The notes under the pieces: model-generated | Database searches by the model: none | Seen by the model: only the letters and a program-made list of their open reading frames with translations | What the model was told of the DNA's origin: nothing | From: an uncultured archaeon | GTDB lineage: Archaea; Nanobdellota; Nanobdellia; Woesearchaeales; UBA9642 | NCBI GenBank assembly: GCA_963777125.1 | Contig: CAVZPN010000024.1 | Location: 6,596 to 70,595 of the forward strand | Direction: 5' to 3' | DNA: 64,000 nucleotides | Shown: piece by piece, positions 40,539 through 50,744 of the stretch | Position numbering within the stretch: the first letter of the stretch is position 1 | Layout: the number at the start of each line of letters is the position of its first letter | Position numbers and translations under genes: made by a program

Positions 40539-41300
40539 TTAAAATTCAAACTCTTGTCCAGGTAACACGAAACCTGCAAAGCCATCTGCTTTAGGATTTT
40601 TTGTCTCCCAATTTCCACTAAGATGTACTAAATAAGTTTTAGCTCTGTGTTCATCAGACATTTCTCTAAGTAATTTATCATAAGATATATGTACATCTCC
40701 TGGACCAGAATAAAAACATTGACAATCTTGAAATAATATTTTTTTATTTTCAGGAGGTAATTCAATAGTATCGCCAGAATAATAAATCCCATTTGCAAAA
40801 TCTATTGCATAAGACTCCATTCCTTGAACATGCATTGTCGGTACAAATTTAATTTCAGGAATACCTGGAATATTAATTTTAGAACTTACAACCGAATTAA
40901 AATAAGTGTCGAGTGACGCATCTAATGCTAAACCATTAAAATTTTGTATTTTTTGCATCGAACCTTTTAAACAGTTATTCCAAAGCATTTGTTTAAATCC
41001 TTCTGAACCAAGATATAAGTTAGGATTTTGTTCTTCCCTTTTTTTTAATCCAAAATAATTCATAAAACCCAATCCTTCAAGTCCGCCAACATGATCGCTA
41101 TGAGAATGAGTTATTAAAATATCAGTTATACTAGCTAATTCTCCTCGTTTAAGTAATTCAGACGTTACAGTATAACCACAATCTACAAGAAGATTTCTAT
41201 TTTGATCTCCTTTAACAAGAAAACTAGTATTTCCTAGTTTAAAATTGAGTCCCGACCCTGTACCTAACCAAATTAGTTTCATAATACTATCACTACTCAA
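40539..41300 (-). CDS. MBL-fold metallo-hydrolase
   Basis: ITHSHSDHVGG (HxHxDH) zinc-binding motif and a downstream conserved His. Confidence 0.7.
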   Translation of the reverse strand: MSSDSIMKLIWLGTGSGLNFKLGNTSFLVKGDQNRNLLVDCGYTVTSELLKRGELASITDILITHSHSDHVGGLEGLGFMNYFGLKKREEQNPNLYLGSEGFKQMLWNNCLKGSMQKIQNFNGLALDASLDTYFNSVVSSKINIPGIPEIKFVPTMHVQGMESYAIDFANGIYYSGDTIELPPENKKILFQDCQCFYSGPGDVHISYDKLLREMSDEHRAKTYLVHLSGNWETKNPKADGFAGFVLPGQEFEF

Positions 41301-41391
41301 GAGTAATGGCAGTATATATAAAAAATGTTAAGATTCATTTTTCATCTTTTAACGTAATATTTATATAATATTGCGACTTTAGATATAATTA

Positions 41392-42393
41392 ATGAAATAT
41401 ATATCTAATTCAAACGTAAAAAACAATATAAATCTAGATTTAAAAGATAAAAAAATATTAGGATATTTATCAGAAGATGCCAAAATATCAAGAAATATTC
41501 TTGCAAAAAAAGTAGGTCTTTCTAAAGATTCAGTCAAATATAGAATAGAACGATTAATAAGTAAAGGCATAATTCAAGGGTATAGAACAATAATAGATAT
41601 GAGTAAAATAGGATTTGAAAATTATCATATTTTTCTAAAATTAAATCCCTTGACTACAAGTATAGAATCCGAAATAGTAAAAAAACTTCAAAAATGCGAA
41701 TTTATAAGAGCAATAATAAAATATAATGGACGCTATGATTACGAATTAGCAATACTAGTACAAGGACCATTAGAATTTGAAAAAATATTTGAAAAAATAT
41801 TTAATGAATGTGATAATCAAATAAAAGACTATGAAATAGTACAATTGACAGAATATTATATAGTTAATACATTTCCAAAGAATTTTATAGAGCTAGATGA
41901 ACAAACATTTAGTAAAACCAGTAGTCTAATAAAAATAGATGAAAAAGATAGACAAATATTAAGCATAATATCAAACGATGCAATTTTACCTAATTACAAA
42001 ATAGGGCAACAGATAAACTTATCAGGTGATGCAGTAAGTTATAGAATTAAAAAAATGACTAAAGAAGGAGTAATTCAAAAAGCAATACCAATAATAAATT
42101 ATTCTGCTCTGGATTATGGAATATTTGCAATCCTTATAAGATTTAACAATGCGATAGATAATAGAAATTTAAAAATTAAAGACTTTTTCAAAACAAACAA
42201 AAATATTCTCTGGACTGTTAGATGTTTTGGTAAATATAATATTATTGCATATATTTGTGTAAACAACGTGAAACAATACCATGAAACCATGAATGAACTT
42301 AAAAATAACTTTTCTGAAATAATTATGAACATAGAAACATTAATATCTTATGAAGAACATAAATATAGTTACGTACCAAAAGTGATGCTTTAA
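41392..42393 (+). CDS. tandem double Lrp/AsnC-family regulator (two HTH+RAM modules)
   Basis: First module LDLKDKKILGYLSEDAKISRNILAKKVGLSKDSVKYRIERL. Second module IDEKDRQILSIISNDAILPNYKIGQQINLSGDAVSYRIKKM. Each is followed by a RAM-like region. Confidence 0.6.
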   Translation: MKYISNSNVKNNINLDLKDKKILGYLSEDAKISRNILAKKVGLSKDSVKYRIERLISKGIIQGYRTIIDMSKIGFENYHIFLKLNPLTTSIESEIVKKLQKCEFIRAIIKYNGRYDYELAILVQGPLEFEKIFEKIFNECDNQIKDYEIVQLTEYYIVNTFPKNFIELDEQTFSKTSSLIKIDEKDRQILSIISNDAILPNYKIGQQINLSGDAVSYRIKKMTKEGVIQKAIPIINYSALDYGIFAILIRFNNAIDNRNLKIKDFFKTNKNILWTVRCFGKYNIIAYICVNNVKQYHETMNELKNNFSEIIMNIETLISYEEHKYSYVPKVML

Positions 42394-42444
42394 AATTAAA
42401 TAAATACTAAAACATCAAATCCAAAGAAACTAAAATATGTTTTT

Positions 42445-43446
42445 TTAAGTAGATTCTTTCTTAATAACATACAACAATTCGCTTCCTAAAGTGTATTTTT
42501 CATAAGACCAGGCTAATTTATCTAGGAGTTTTTCAAACCATTGTCTTCTATGTTCCTTAATCTCTCTTACTCCGCCAATAGATAAAGTAGGAAATGTTAC
42601 GGCAAAATATTTTGTTGAAATACTCTTTAATAAACTTTCAGTAATATTCCATTTAATTCTTTCAAGACCATCAAGTGTCTTAAAAATAAAACATATATCA
42701 ACATTAATCTTAGTTAATTTCGGAAATATCTTTTCATCAGTTAAATCTGCAGGAAATATTATTGCATCAATAGTTGTTGTGTCAAAATAATCTTTTAAAA
42801 ATTTACAATCTTCACTAGATATATCTGAAGCATAATATTTTTCTATTTTTTCAGCAAATAACACACTACTAACTGGATTCATACCACAGGCTAAATCCAT
42901 AAAAATATATTTTGCAGAGTTATCTAACTTACCTGATTTATTAAACAACTTAGAATCTTTTTCAAAATCTTCGATTTTACCAAATATGGTAGTATATAAT
43001 TGATCATAATGATCCATTCTTTCTTTTGTTGATTTATGTAATGAAAATAATTGATTATGTAAATCCATATATTCAAAATTATCTTTAGACTTATCATCTT
43101 TTGAAATTGCTTCTAATTCTTCAAGAATTTTCAAACGTTTATTATATCCTTCAAGAATAAATACACCATATACTCTACGTAACTCAGCACGTAACTCTTT
43201 TATTAAAAATTTATATTCTCGACTTTTAGTAAATTGTTTATATGTTTTGGCATTATTTAATTTTATGAGAAACTTTTCTTTTGCTTGCTCATGATTTCTA
43301 TTCTTAAAAAAAACATCTAATTTATTTTTTATAAAATCTTCATCAAGTGTTCTTAATTCTTTTTTATCCTTAATATCTTGTATTAATTCATCTTCGTGTA
43401 ATAATTTAATTTCATGTTTTGTTTCATTAATTATATCTTCGCTCAT
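42445..43446 (-). CDS. putative class I SAM-dependent methyltransferase with N-terminal coiled-coil region
   Basis: Motif I-like FMDLACGMNP and a YASDIS acidic-loop motif. The rest is unassigned. Confidence 0.35.
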   Translation of the reverse strand: MSEDIINETKHEIKLLHEDELIQDIKDKKELRTLDEDFIKNKLDVFFKNRNHEQAKEKFLIKLNNAKTYKQFTKSREYKFLIKELRAELRRVYGVFILEGYNKRLKILEELEAISKDDKSKDNFEYMDLHNQLFSLHKSTKERMDHYDQLYTTIFGKIEDFEKDSKLFNKSGKLDNSAKYIFMDLACGMNPVSSVLFAEKIEKYYASDISSEDCKFLKDYFDTTTIDAIIFPADLTDEKIFPKLTKINVDICFIFKTLDGLERIKWNITESLLKSISTKYFAVTFPTLSIGGVREIKEHRRQWFEKLLDKLAWSYEKYTLGSELLYVIKKEST

Positions 43447-43496
43447 TTTAGTGTCCTATAATATTAGTTTAAAGTTCATTAATTATGAATATAATT

Positions 43497-44544
43497 TCAA
43501 TTAGTATAATCCTTCCATCTAAATATTGCTGCAATTCCGGTTAGACCATCTAATTTTTTCATTGCATCATCGCTACTTATTAATTTAACTTCAGCATTCA
43601 TAGCTTCAACAAGAGTCATAATATTCTCTACTACATCATACTTATGCTCCTTTTTCATTTTTTTTATATAATTATCAGAAATTAATAATTTTGCAACATT
43701 TCCAGCATTTACTTTTTCAAGAACTTCATCAGTTCCGTATACTGCTTCATCCTTAGTAATTTTTCCAAGTAATTCCTCAACTAATTTTACTTCACGTGTT
43801 GCTCTATCTTTATCGAGTACTGTTTTTAATTCAGAATCTTTTTAATATCTCATTAATTGCGCCATCATCAACACTTGAACAAGTTGCCAGCACAATTTTT
43901 TTAAGTATAGTATCATCTTTAACTTCTTTGATTAAATATTCTTTCCAAAATGCAGGACTTGCAAGAATTATATTATCAAATAAATATTTATGATTATAAG
44001 CCAATATATGAGAATAGATTTCTTGATAAAAGTTTGTTTTCTTCTCCTCCATATCCTTCTTTGAAACATCTCCTTTTAAATCAAGTAAAACTTCATATCC
44101 TTGATTTTTGAGTACTGCAAATATTGCTTCCTCACAATCAAACGCAACTATTAAAATATTTACTATTTGAGCATTAATTGCTTCATCAAGCTTTTTTAAA
44201 GCATATTTTGACCAAACAGCCTTAGTAAGAGTCACAACTACGCCTGACGTTAAATCGAAAGTATGATAATCCCCTTTCGGAATATCGTCTGGTGCTTCAA
44301 TTATTTTACCAGATAATCTTAATGAATCTTCATGTTCTAACTTTTCAACTTGTATTTTTAAGAAAACTATACGTTTAATAATTTTAGATTTATCTTCAGA
44401 ACCGCCTAATTTTAATTTTCTTTCAGTTGTACCACTAATAAAATCTCCTTCTTCAATAATACCTGCAAGATGCCATAAATCCGTAGTATCATCTACTTTA
44501 AGCTTTATTTCTCCATGTTTTAAGTCCTTATCTAATATTTTCAT
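43497..44544 (-). CDS. pelA: Pelota (Dom34) mRNA surveillance factor, reading frame interrupted by a +1 frameshift at an A5 run
   Basis: 43831..44544 encodes the Pelota N-terminal and central domains (MKILDKDLKHGEIKLKVDDTTDLWHLAGII...). Manual minus-strand translation of 43497..43830 in the adjacent frame gives the eRF1-like domain 3 (ATREVKLVEELLGKITKDEAVYGTDEVLEKVNAGNVAKLLISDNY...AIFRWKDYTN*). Deleting one T from the T5 run at 43839..43843 joins them into one approximately 345 aa protein. Confidence 0.7.
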
Positions 44545-44719
44545 TATACTAAGTAAATTTATTGCATTTCACCATAATTACAGCATTTAATTATACTTAA
44601 CTAAATAAAAGTCAATACAATTATGAATTAATAGCACAATATTTGTAAAATTATCTTAGAATTTAAAGTTATTCTTTATTTGCTTAATTTAATTAAATAA
44701 AATACCTTAATATGAACAA

Positions 44720-45679
44720 TTACTTCTCACTTGCACGTAAATCTTCAATTTTATTTGCAAGTATAATTCTTTCAAAAACAATAAAATAAGTGAACTGAAC
44801 AACAAGTGCTACTATTAAAGGTATTGCAGTATGTGCTGTAAAAAGCAACAAAACTATTGCAAGACCCGTCATTTCATTTTTTTGAGTAGAATATAATGAA
44901 TAATCAATTGCATCCATTTCTGATACAAACTGACGACTAACATAATATACTATTAAACCTAAAGTAAATATTACGGTAATATTTATCAAAAAGATATGTC
45001 TTATATTAATATCGCTGATATTTAGCAGTATTGATCTATTTAAGGATACAACAATAAAAATAATTAACCCTAATAATAAATTAGTAATTATTTTAGTATA
45101 ATTAAATAGGTAATTGATTACTTTAGTCTCAATATTTCTTGTTAAATAGGCTAAAATTATTGGAATTAAAATCAATATTAAAAGTGAACGTGCGAGTAAC
45201 ATAAATTTTATATTAGTACCAAAAAGAGCATATAATGTTGTTGGAATAATTATCAATGCAAGAAAATAACTTAAAATTAAAGCACTATCAGCAACTTTTA
45301 TATCACACTTTGCTAAATAACATAATGGAACTATAGCAATAGCAGGAGGAATTATTGCAAGTAAAACATAACCTAAAAAGTAATCTGAAGATAGTGGGAA
45401 AAATATTGAAGCAATAAGCAAATAAAATCCCGACAATAAAACATAATTTAATAGAATTGAAATAATAATACTTTTTCTGTCTGAAGAAATATTATTAAAA
45501 TTAGACTTTTTTTTAAAAAAAGGTCTTATTGATAAAAACATCACAACTCCAAGACTAATTTCAGTAATAGATTTAATAGAATTAACATTTATGATAAAAA
45601 TTAAAGGTAAAATTATAGCCATAATAAAAATAAGTTCAGTACTTTCAAACAAAGATTTAATGGAAAAATTAAAGACCAT
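44720..45679 (-). CDS. polytopic membrane protein (approximately 10 TM), possible transporter
   Basis: Highly hydrophobic 319 aa ORF. Divergently transcribed from the Cys-rich pilin-like gene. Confidence 0.45.
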   Translation of the reverse strand: MVFNFSIKSLFESTELIFIMAIILPLIFIINVNSIKSITEISLGVVMFLSIRPFFKKKSNFNNISSDRKSIIISILLNYVLLSGFYLLIASIFFPLSSDYFLGYVLLAIIPPAIAIVPLCYLAKCDIKVADSALILSYFLALIIIPTTLYALFGTNIKFMLLARSLLILILIPIILAYLTRNIETKVINYLFNYTKIITNLLLGLIIFIVVSLNRSILLNISDINIRHIFLINITVIFTLGLIVYYVSRQFVSEMDAIDYSLYSTQKNEMTGLAIVLLLFTAHTAIPLIVALVVQFTYFIVFERIILANKIEDLRASEK

Positions 45680-45892
45680 TAAATAATTAAGACATAACTA
45701 GTATATATTTGTTAGGTATTATAAAATATAGCTACTAAAACAAAAAATCGTAAGCAATAATAAATCAATTTTATTAACTAAAACAATAGTAATATTTATA
45801 AAGATGAATATCAAGTTTGATAATATTATCTCGAGTATTACAAAGAGTATTACAAGAGCAGAATTATCTACATAAAAAAAGGCATATTCAAG

Positions 45893-47578
45893 GTGAACAG
45901 CATGACTCAAAGAAGAGGACAAAGTGCAGGTAATGCAGCAGCATTTGTAGCAATATTAACCGTATTAATAATTGTATACATATTATTCTTACCTCCAGAT
46001 ATAAGAACTGAATTATTAGGAGATAAAAATGGAATATTAAATGATTCTAGTACTAGCACAAATACTGAAATACTATTAAAACAAAATATTGGCAAAGTCA
46101 CCTACATCAATACTGCTGAAAAAACATACGATTTACCAACTGTTCGAATATATTCTCCAACAAGCGGTCAAGTTCTAAAAAGTATTCCGAGTTCTAATAT
46201 AAGATACGCACTTTTTGATACTGAAAAATCTAAATATACTCTTGAATTAAATATTGATAAAAGATCCACAGAAAATCTTGTTTTAGTATTTAATGTCATG
46301 GAACATACAGGACCATTAATTATTGCTCTTAATGGTAATGAAATATTTAATGGCGAAGTAAAAACAACTAATCCTAAACCAATAAAACTTGATTCTGGAT
46401 CATTACTTGAAAACAATATTATAACATTTAGTGTCCCATCCCCTGGTTTAAAATTTTGGACTGCTAATAAATACACTTTAGAAAATATACAAATTACTGG
46501 CGATGTAACTGACTATAGTAATTCTATGGCCATACAAAATTTCGTTATAAGTCAAGTCGAGAAAGAAAATCTTGAAAGTATAAAATTATTTTTTTATCCT
46601 GATTGTGATTTATCTGAAGCTGGAAGCTTAAGAATTGATTTAAACGGAAGAGCAATATATAATAGTGTAGCAGATTGTGGAACAAGAACATTTGCAACAT
46701 TAAATACCAACGATATAATTTCAGGCAGTAATGAATTAAGATTTTATAGTGCTAAAGGATCATACATGTTAGATAATATGTATATCAAAACTACAATGAC
46801 AAAACCAGCATATAAAACATACTTCTTTGACTTAAAAGATGAATATTTTACATTTAAAACAAAAACTAGTATGTGTGGAGAATATGATGGCACATGTCCT
46901 ATTGGTTGTGATGAAACAACTGATGCTGATTGCTGCTTTGATAGAAAAGGATATTGGTGCGCTCTACCATTATCAAACGTTAATGATAGATGTAGATTCT
47001 ATGTAGCAAGCGATGATTGTTCATTATGTAAAACAGGATATTATGATGACAGCGGAGATGCTCCGACTACTTGTGAAAAAAAATGCGGAGATAACAACGA
47101 TAAAATCTGTGATAGTACTTGCTCGCAACCAAATAAATATTACGATAAAGATTGCTGCTTTGCACAAAGCAAGGATAATTTCTGGTGTAAAGAAACACCA
47201 ATAACAGGAATTGCAGACAAATGTAAACCAGCAATAAATCCTAGTGAATGTGACTTATGTCCATCAGGATACATCAATAAAGATGGCTCAGAACCTAAAT
47301 CATGTACTACTACAAACTTTAATATTCAAGATGAAGATTACTTATTTTCAAGCAATTATGAATTGAAAATCGTAGTTAAATTTGTTGATAGTACAACACG
47401 TAAACGTGTAGACTTTAATATCAATGGTCATACATTTAGAATTGATACAACAAATGTTGAATATACTAAATTAATCGCAGACTACGCTACAACTGGAACT
47501 AACAGCATTGAAATAAAACCAGTAGATAAAGATGTGGATATTTCAGAAGTTAGAGTAGAATTAAGAAGAGTTAAGTAA
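45893..47578 (+). CDS. pilin-like surface protein with class III (type IV prepilin-like) signal peptide and large Cys-rich ectodomain
   Basis: Likely true start is the ATG at 45902 (MTQRRGQ|SAGNAAAFVAILTVLIIVYILFL). This gives a short basic leader, a G at the cleavage position and a hydrophobic stretch. Internal duplicated Cys motifs (CSLCKTGYYDDSGDAPTTC / CDLCPSGYINKDGSEPKSC and DADCCFDRKGYWC / DKDCCFAQSKDNFWC). SD aggtga upstream. Confidence 0.55.
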   Translation: MNSMTQRRGQSAGNAAAFVAILTVLIIVYILFLPPDIRTELLGDKNGILNDSSTSTNTEILLKQNIGKVTYINTAEKTYDLPTVRIYSPTSGQVLKSIPSSNIRYALFDTEKSKYTLELNIDKRSTENLVLVFNVMEHTGPLIIALNGNEIFNGEVKTTNPKPIKLDSGSLLENNIITFSVPSPGLKFWTANKYTLENIQITGDVTDYSNSMAIQNFVISQVEKENLESIKLFFYPDCDLSEAGSLRIDLNGRAIYNSVADCGTRTFATLNTNDIISGSNELRFYSAKGSYMLDNMYIKTTMTKPAYKTYFFDLKDEYFTFKTKTSMCGEYDGTCPIGCDETTDADCCFDRKGYWCALPLSNVNDRCRFYVASDDCSLCKTGYYDDSGDAPTTCEKKCGDNNDKICDSTCSQPNKYYDKDCCFAQSKDNFWCKETPITGIADKCKPAINPSECDLCPSGYINKDGSEPKSCTTTNFNIQDEDYLFSSNYELKIVVKFVDSTTRKRVDFNINGHTFRIDTTNVEYTKLIADYATTGTNSIEIKPVDKDVDISEVRVELRRVK

Positions 47579-47625
47579 AATTCTCTAGTAATGAGGTGTA
47601 AGCCTAAGGTGAGGCTAAAGTAAAT

Positions 47626-49182
47626 ATGGGAACAGATAAAGCCGATAAAGATACTGAGAATTCTAAAGAAACTAATAAAGTAGCTAACGCTGGTAAAAAA
47701 ACTGCTGATGCAATAAACGCAGCTGGCGACGCTACATTAAGAAGTTTACGTAATGCTGGAAAAGCAATTGGAGGAAGTGGCGATTCATCATCTAGTTCTA
47801 AATCAAGTAGCGGATCTAATGGTGCAATCGCAATATTATTTGTAATTTCATTATTTCTTCACATTCTTGATTCTATTACTAAATTTGATAGACCAGGATT
47901 TATGTTATTTTATTATATTGGTCTAATAATATTTGCTTTTTTCTTTATTTTTAATATGAAACTTAACCAAGAGGGTGAAAAACAATTATTAGTAGTTATT
48001 TTCATATCTTATTTATTGCCTTTTGCAATAAAATATTTACCAGATAACAGATGGATACTTGCAATTTCAGGAATACTATTTTTAATTCCACTATTACCAC
48101 TATATATTGGACTACAGGCACCTCAAGATTCATTTTTATATAAATTTACAAAATGGTATATTGTCTTTTGGATAATCATACTAGCATTTTATCTTGTAGC
48201 AACATTTGCACCGACACAAGTAAGTACAGCACAACTTAAAGGAAATGTATGGACAGGAGCATCATATGTTTTGGGAAATACTGGAAAAACAATAAGTACT
48301 GTTACAACATCAGCAAATAATGCTCTAGCACGTGCTATTGCGCAAGCAACTGGAGAACCATATGATGGTCAAGAAGAAAGCAGAGTTGGAATTTATGTTG
48401 AAAATGTTAAAGCACTAGAATCAGGATATAATACTAACTCGGATGTTTTTGTTGAAGCTAAAATTAAAGCAATAAATCTAAAAGAACCAGTTAGAGTTAC
48501 AACAATATGTTATATTCCTGCAGTTCGTCAAGGAATTACAAATCCAGCTATCTTACCTGAAGTTAGTGCAGATTATGAAAATATTATTGATTGTGAACTA
48601 GGAAAATTAACTGCAGGAAATCATGAAGTAAAAGTACGTGCAATATTCGAGTTTAAAAGTACATCAGATATTGAATACACTTTTGTTAGCACTAATATTA
48701 AAACTGATCAATATACTAAATTAAATATTGATCCTACAACAATTGCAACATATACAGGTGGACCAGTAGCTGTTGGTTTACCATCCATAAAACAACCATT
48801 ACGAATAGAATTAGATCCTGATAAAACTGATGCAATGACTTATCCATTTGGAGTTAGCTTACAAAATAAATGGCCGCAAGGAAAAATTATGAAAGGATTA
48901 CAGTATAAATTAAATACTCCAAAAGAAGTAAAATTAGTTGAATGTAGTAGAACACCTACTGAAGTAAAAGAACCTGATGTTGATGGAAGAAACATATACA
49001 TATTTAATATTGATACTACCAATGCTCAAGATGTATTTGATGCAGTTAGATGTAGAATGCAAATAAGTGACGCGAAAGGATTATTAGGTAATGATCTAAA
49101 AAGCGTAAAAACATTTGCTGCAGAAGCAACATACGAGTACTCAGTTGAAAGCTCTGCAAGTATTAATATTATTAAAAGTTAG
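47626..49182 (+). CDS. polytopic membrane protein whose extracellular C-terminal domain belongs to the locus-specific paralog family
   Basis: Ser-rich N-terminus and approximately 6 TM helices. Ectodomain has the family N-terminal block (VGIYVEN...NTNSDVFVEAKIKAINLKEPV) and a GGPVAVGLPSIKQP block. Confidence 0.5.
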   Translation: MGTDKADKDTENSKETNKVANAGKKTADAINAAGDATLRSLRNAGKAIGGSGDSSSSSKSSSGSNGAIAILFVISLFLHILDSITKFDRPGFMLFYYIGLIIFAFFFIFNMKLNQEGEKQLLVVIFISYLLPFAIKYLPDNRWILAISGILFLIPLLPLYIGLQAPQDSFLYKFTKWYIVFWIIILAFYLVATFAPTQVSTAQLKGNVWTGASYVLGNTGKTISTVTTSANNALARAIAQATGEPYDGQEESRVGIYVENVKALESGYNTNSDVFVEAKIKAINLKEPVRVTTICYIPAVRQGITNPAILPEVSADYENIIDCELGKLTAGNHEVKVRAIFEFKSTSDIEYTFVSTNIKTDQYTKLNIDPTTIATYTGGPVAVGLPSIKQPLRIELDPDKTDAMTYPFGVSLQNKWPQGKIMKGLQYKLNTPKEVKLVECSRTPTEVKEPDVDGRNIYIFNIDTTNAQDVFDAVRCRMQISDAKGLLGNDLKSVKTFAAEATYEYSVESSASINIIKS

Positions 49183-49195
49183 AATAATTTAACCA

Positions 49196-50671
49196 TTGAA
49201 AGGAACAGTTATGAAAATAAGTATTAAAAAAAATAATAGCGTATTAATGAGTATATTTATATTGCTTACAGTAATATTTTTAACAGGATGTCAGGGTAGT
49301 GGTACTACGGAAAAATATCGTATTGGAACTGAAGGATTAAACTTAGAATTTGCATCATCTAATGTTAAAAGTGTATACGAAAACGAAAACTTCGGAACAT
49401 CAATAATTATCAAAAATATTGGTAGTTATGATATTTTAGATCAGAGTAATCCCGCAATATTAAAAGTTAGTTTTGATGATTATAGATTAAAATTTACTAA
49501 TTCTAAAGAAAATGTTAAAGAACAACAAATGTTAATTAATGGTAAAAGCAAATATTATCCTAAAGGAGATGAAATAAACTCAGAATACTATTTTGAATCA
49601 TTAAAACTCACTGATTTGAGAGAAAAATCAACTACTGAAATTAATTATAACTTATGTTATCCATATAATACTGAAATAACCACAGTTACATGTATTGATA
49701 CAAAACTTGCTAATAAAGATCAAACTGCAGCAGCATGTGCAAGTGAAACATATAGCGGATCTCAAGGTCAAGGAGCACCAATTGTTATAACTAAAATCGT
49801 ACCAGAAATCATGTTGCAAACAGAATATGTACGTCCACAATTTAAAATATATATTGAAAATAAGGGACCTGGATATGTTAATAACGCAAATAGTTGCAAT
49901 GTTGCAGATATTAATGATAGATCATCTTCAGGAAGAGTTAACGTATACGCTACTCTTTCAGGAACTCCTTTAGAATGTGGTCCTGATAATTCAGCATCAC
50001 TAAAATTAGTTGATTCTGAATCATTTATTAGATGCTATCTTCCAAATAAAGAAAAAGGATATTCACGATTAGAAAAAAATTATTTAACTCCATTAACAGT
50101 TAGTATTGATTATACCTATACTGTAATTACTAAACAAGAAATAGAAATTAAAAGAGATGACACAATAGAACGTGTTGTAACAAAAGACTGTGATTCATAT
50201 CAAATATTAAATGAAAATAAAACATGTGTTGATAAATGCTTATATTGTACCACTCATCCAAATGAAGATGTATGTAAAGTAAATTTACCTTTTGCAGAAT
50301 TTGAATTTAAAGAAGGTTTTTCATGTAGTTGTACTCTTGATCAATGTAATAGCAGAAATAAAACAGGAAATTGTATTAAAGGATATTGCCCTGGTAGTTT
50401 GTATTGCTGTAATACTCCTGTTGTTTGTGATAAATATCAAATAGAATTTAAGGGAAAATGTATCAATAAATGCGATTACTGCAGAGATAACTGGACTACA
50501 AACCCTAATGATCCTATTTGTCTCTCTAAATATGATTTTACTAACGCAAAATGTGATTCAATTACTGCGACAACATGTGATTCATTAGCAAAAAATAATT
50601 CCTGCATAAAAGGATTTTGTGGAGGAACAGATTCAAATAAATATTGTGTAAATACCTTTCCACAAGTATAG
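49196..50671 (+). CDS. lipobox-containing (LTGC) surface protein, paralog family member with Cys-rich C-terminal repeats
   Basis: Signal peptide ending LTGCQGSG. Family N-terminal block (GTEGLNLEFASSNVKSVYENENFGTSIIIKNIG). GSQGQGAPIVITKI. Repeated CIKG(Y/F)C(P/G)G Cys motifs. Confidence 0.55.
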   Translation: MKGTVMKISIKKNNSVLMSIFILLTVIFLTGCQGSGTTEKYRIGTEGLNLEFASSNVKSVYENENFGTSIIIKNIGSYDILDQSNPAILKVSFDDYRLKFTNSKENVKEQQMLINGKSKYYPKGDEINSEYYFESLKLTDLREKSTTEINYNLCYPYNTEITTVTCIDTKLANKDQTAAACASETYSGSQGQGAPIVITKIVPEIMLQTEYVRPQFKIYIENKGPGYVNNANSCNVADINDRSSSGRVNVYATLSGTPLECGPDNSASLKLVDSESFIRCYLPNKEKGYSRLEKNYLTPLTVSIDYTYTVITKQEIEIKRDDTIERVVTKDCDSYQILNENKTCVDKCLYCTTHPNEDVCKVNLPFAEFEFKEGFSCSCTLDQCNSRNKTGNCIKGYCPGSLYCCNTPVVCDKYQIEFKGKCINKCDYCRDNWTTNPNDPICLSKYDFTNAKCDSITATTCDSLAKNNSCIKGFCGGTDSNKYCVNTFPQV

Positions 50672-50744
50672 ATTAAAAAAGCAGAATATATTATACTTAA
50701 AAAAAACATAATCTTTATATATTATACACACAGGAGTTAATAAA

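Noticed and set aside
44720-45679. Calling the polytopic membrane protein a prepilin peptidase (PibD/FlaK)
   Set aside because: Its position next to a pilin gene is suggestive. However I could not identify the paired catalytic Asp motifs of A24 peptidases, and its length and hydrophobicity fit a transporter equally well.
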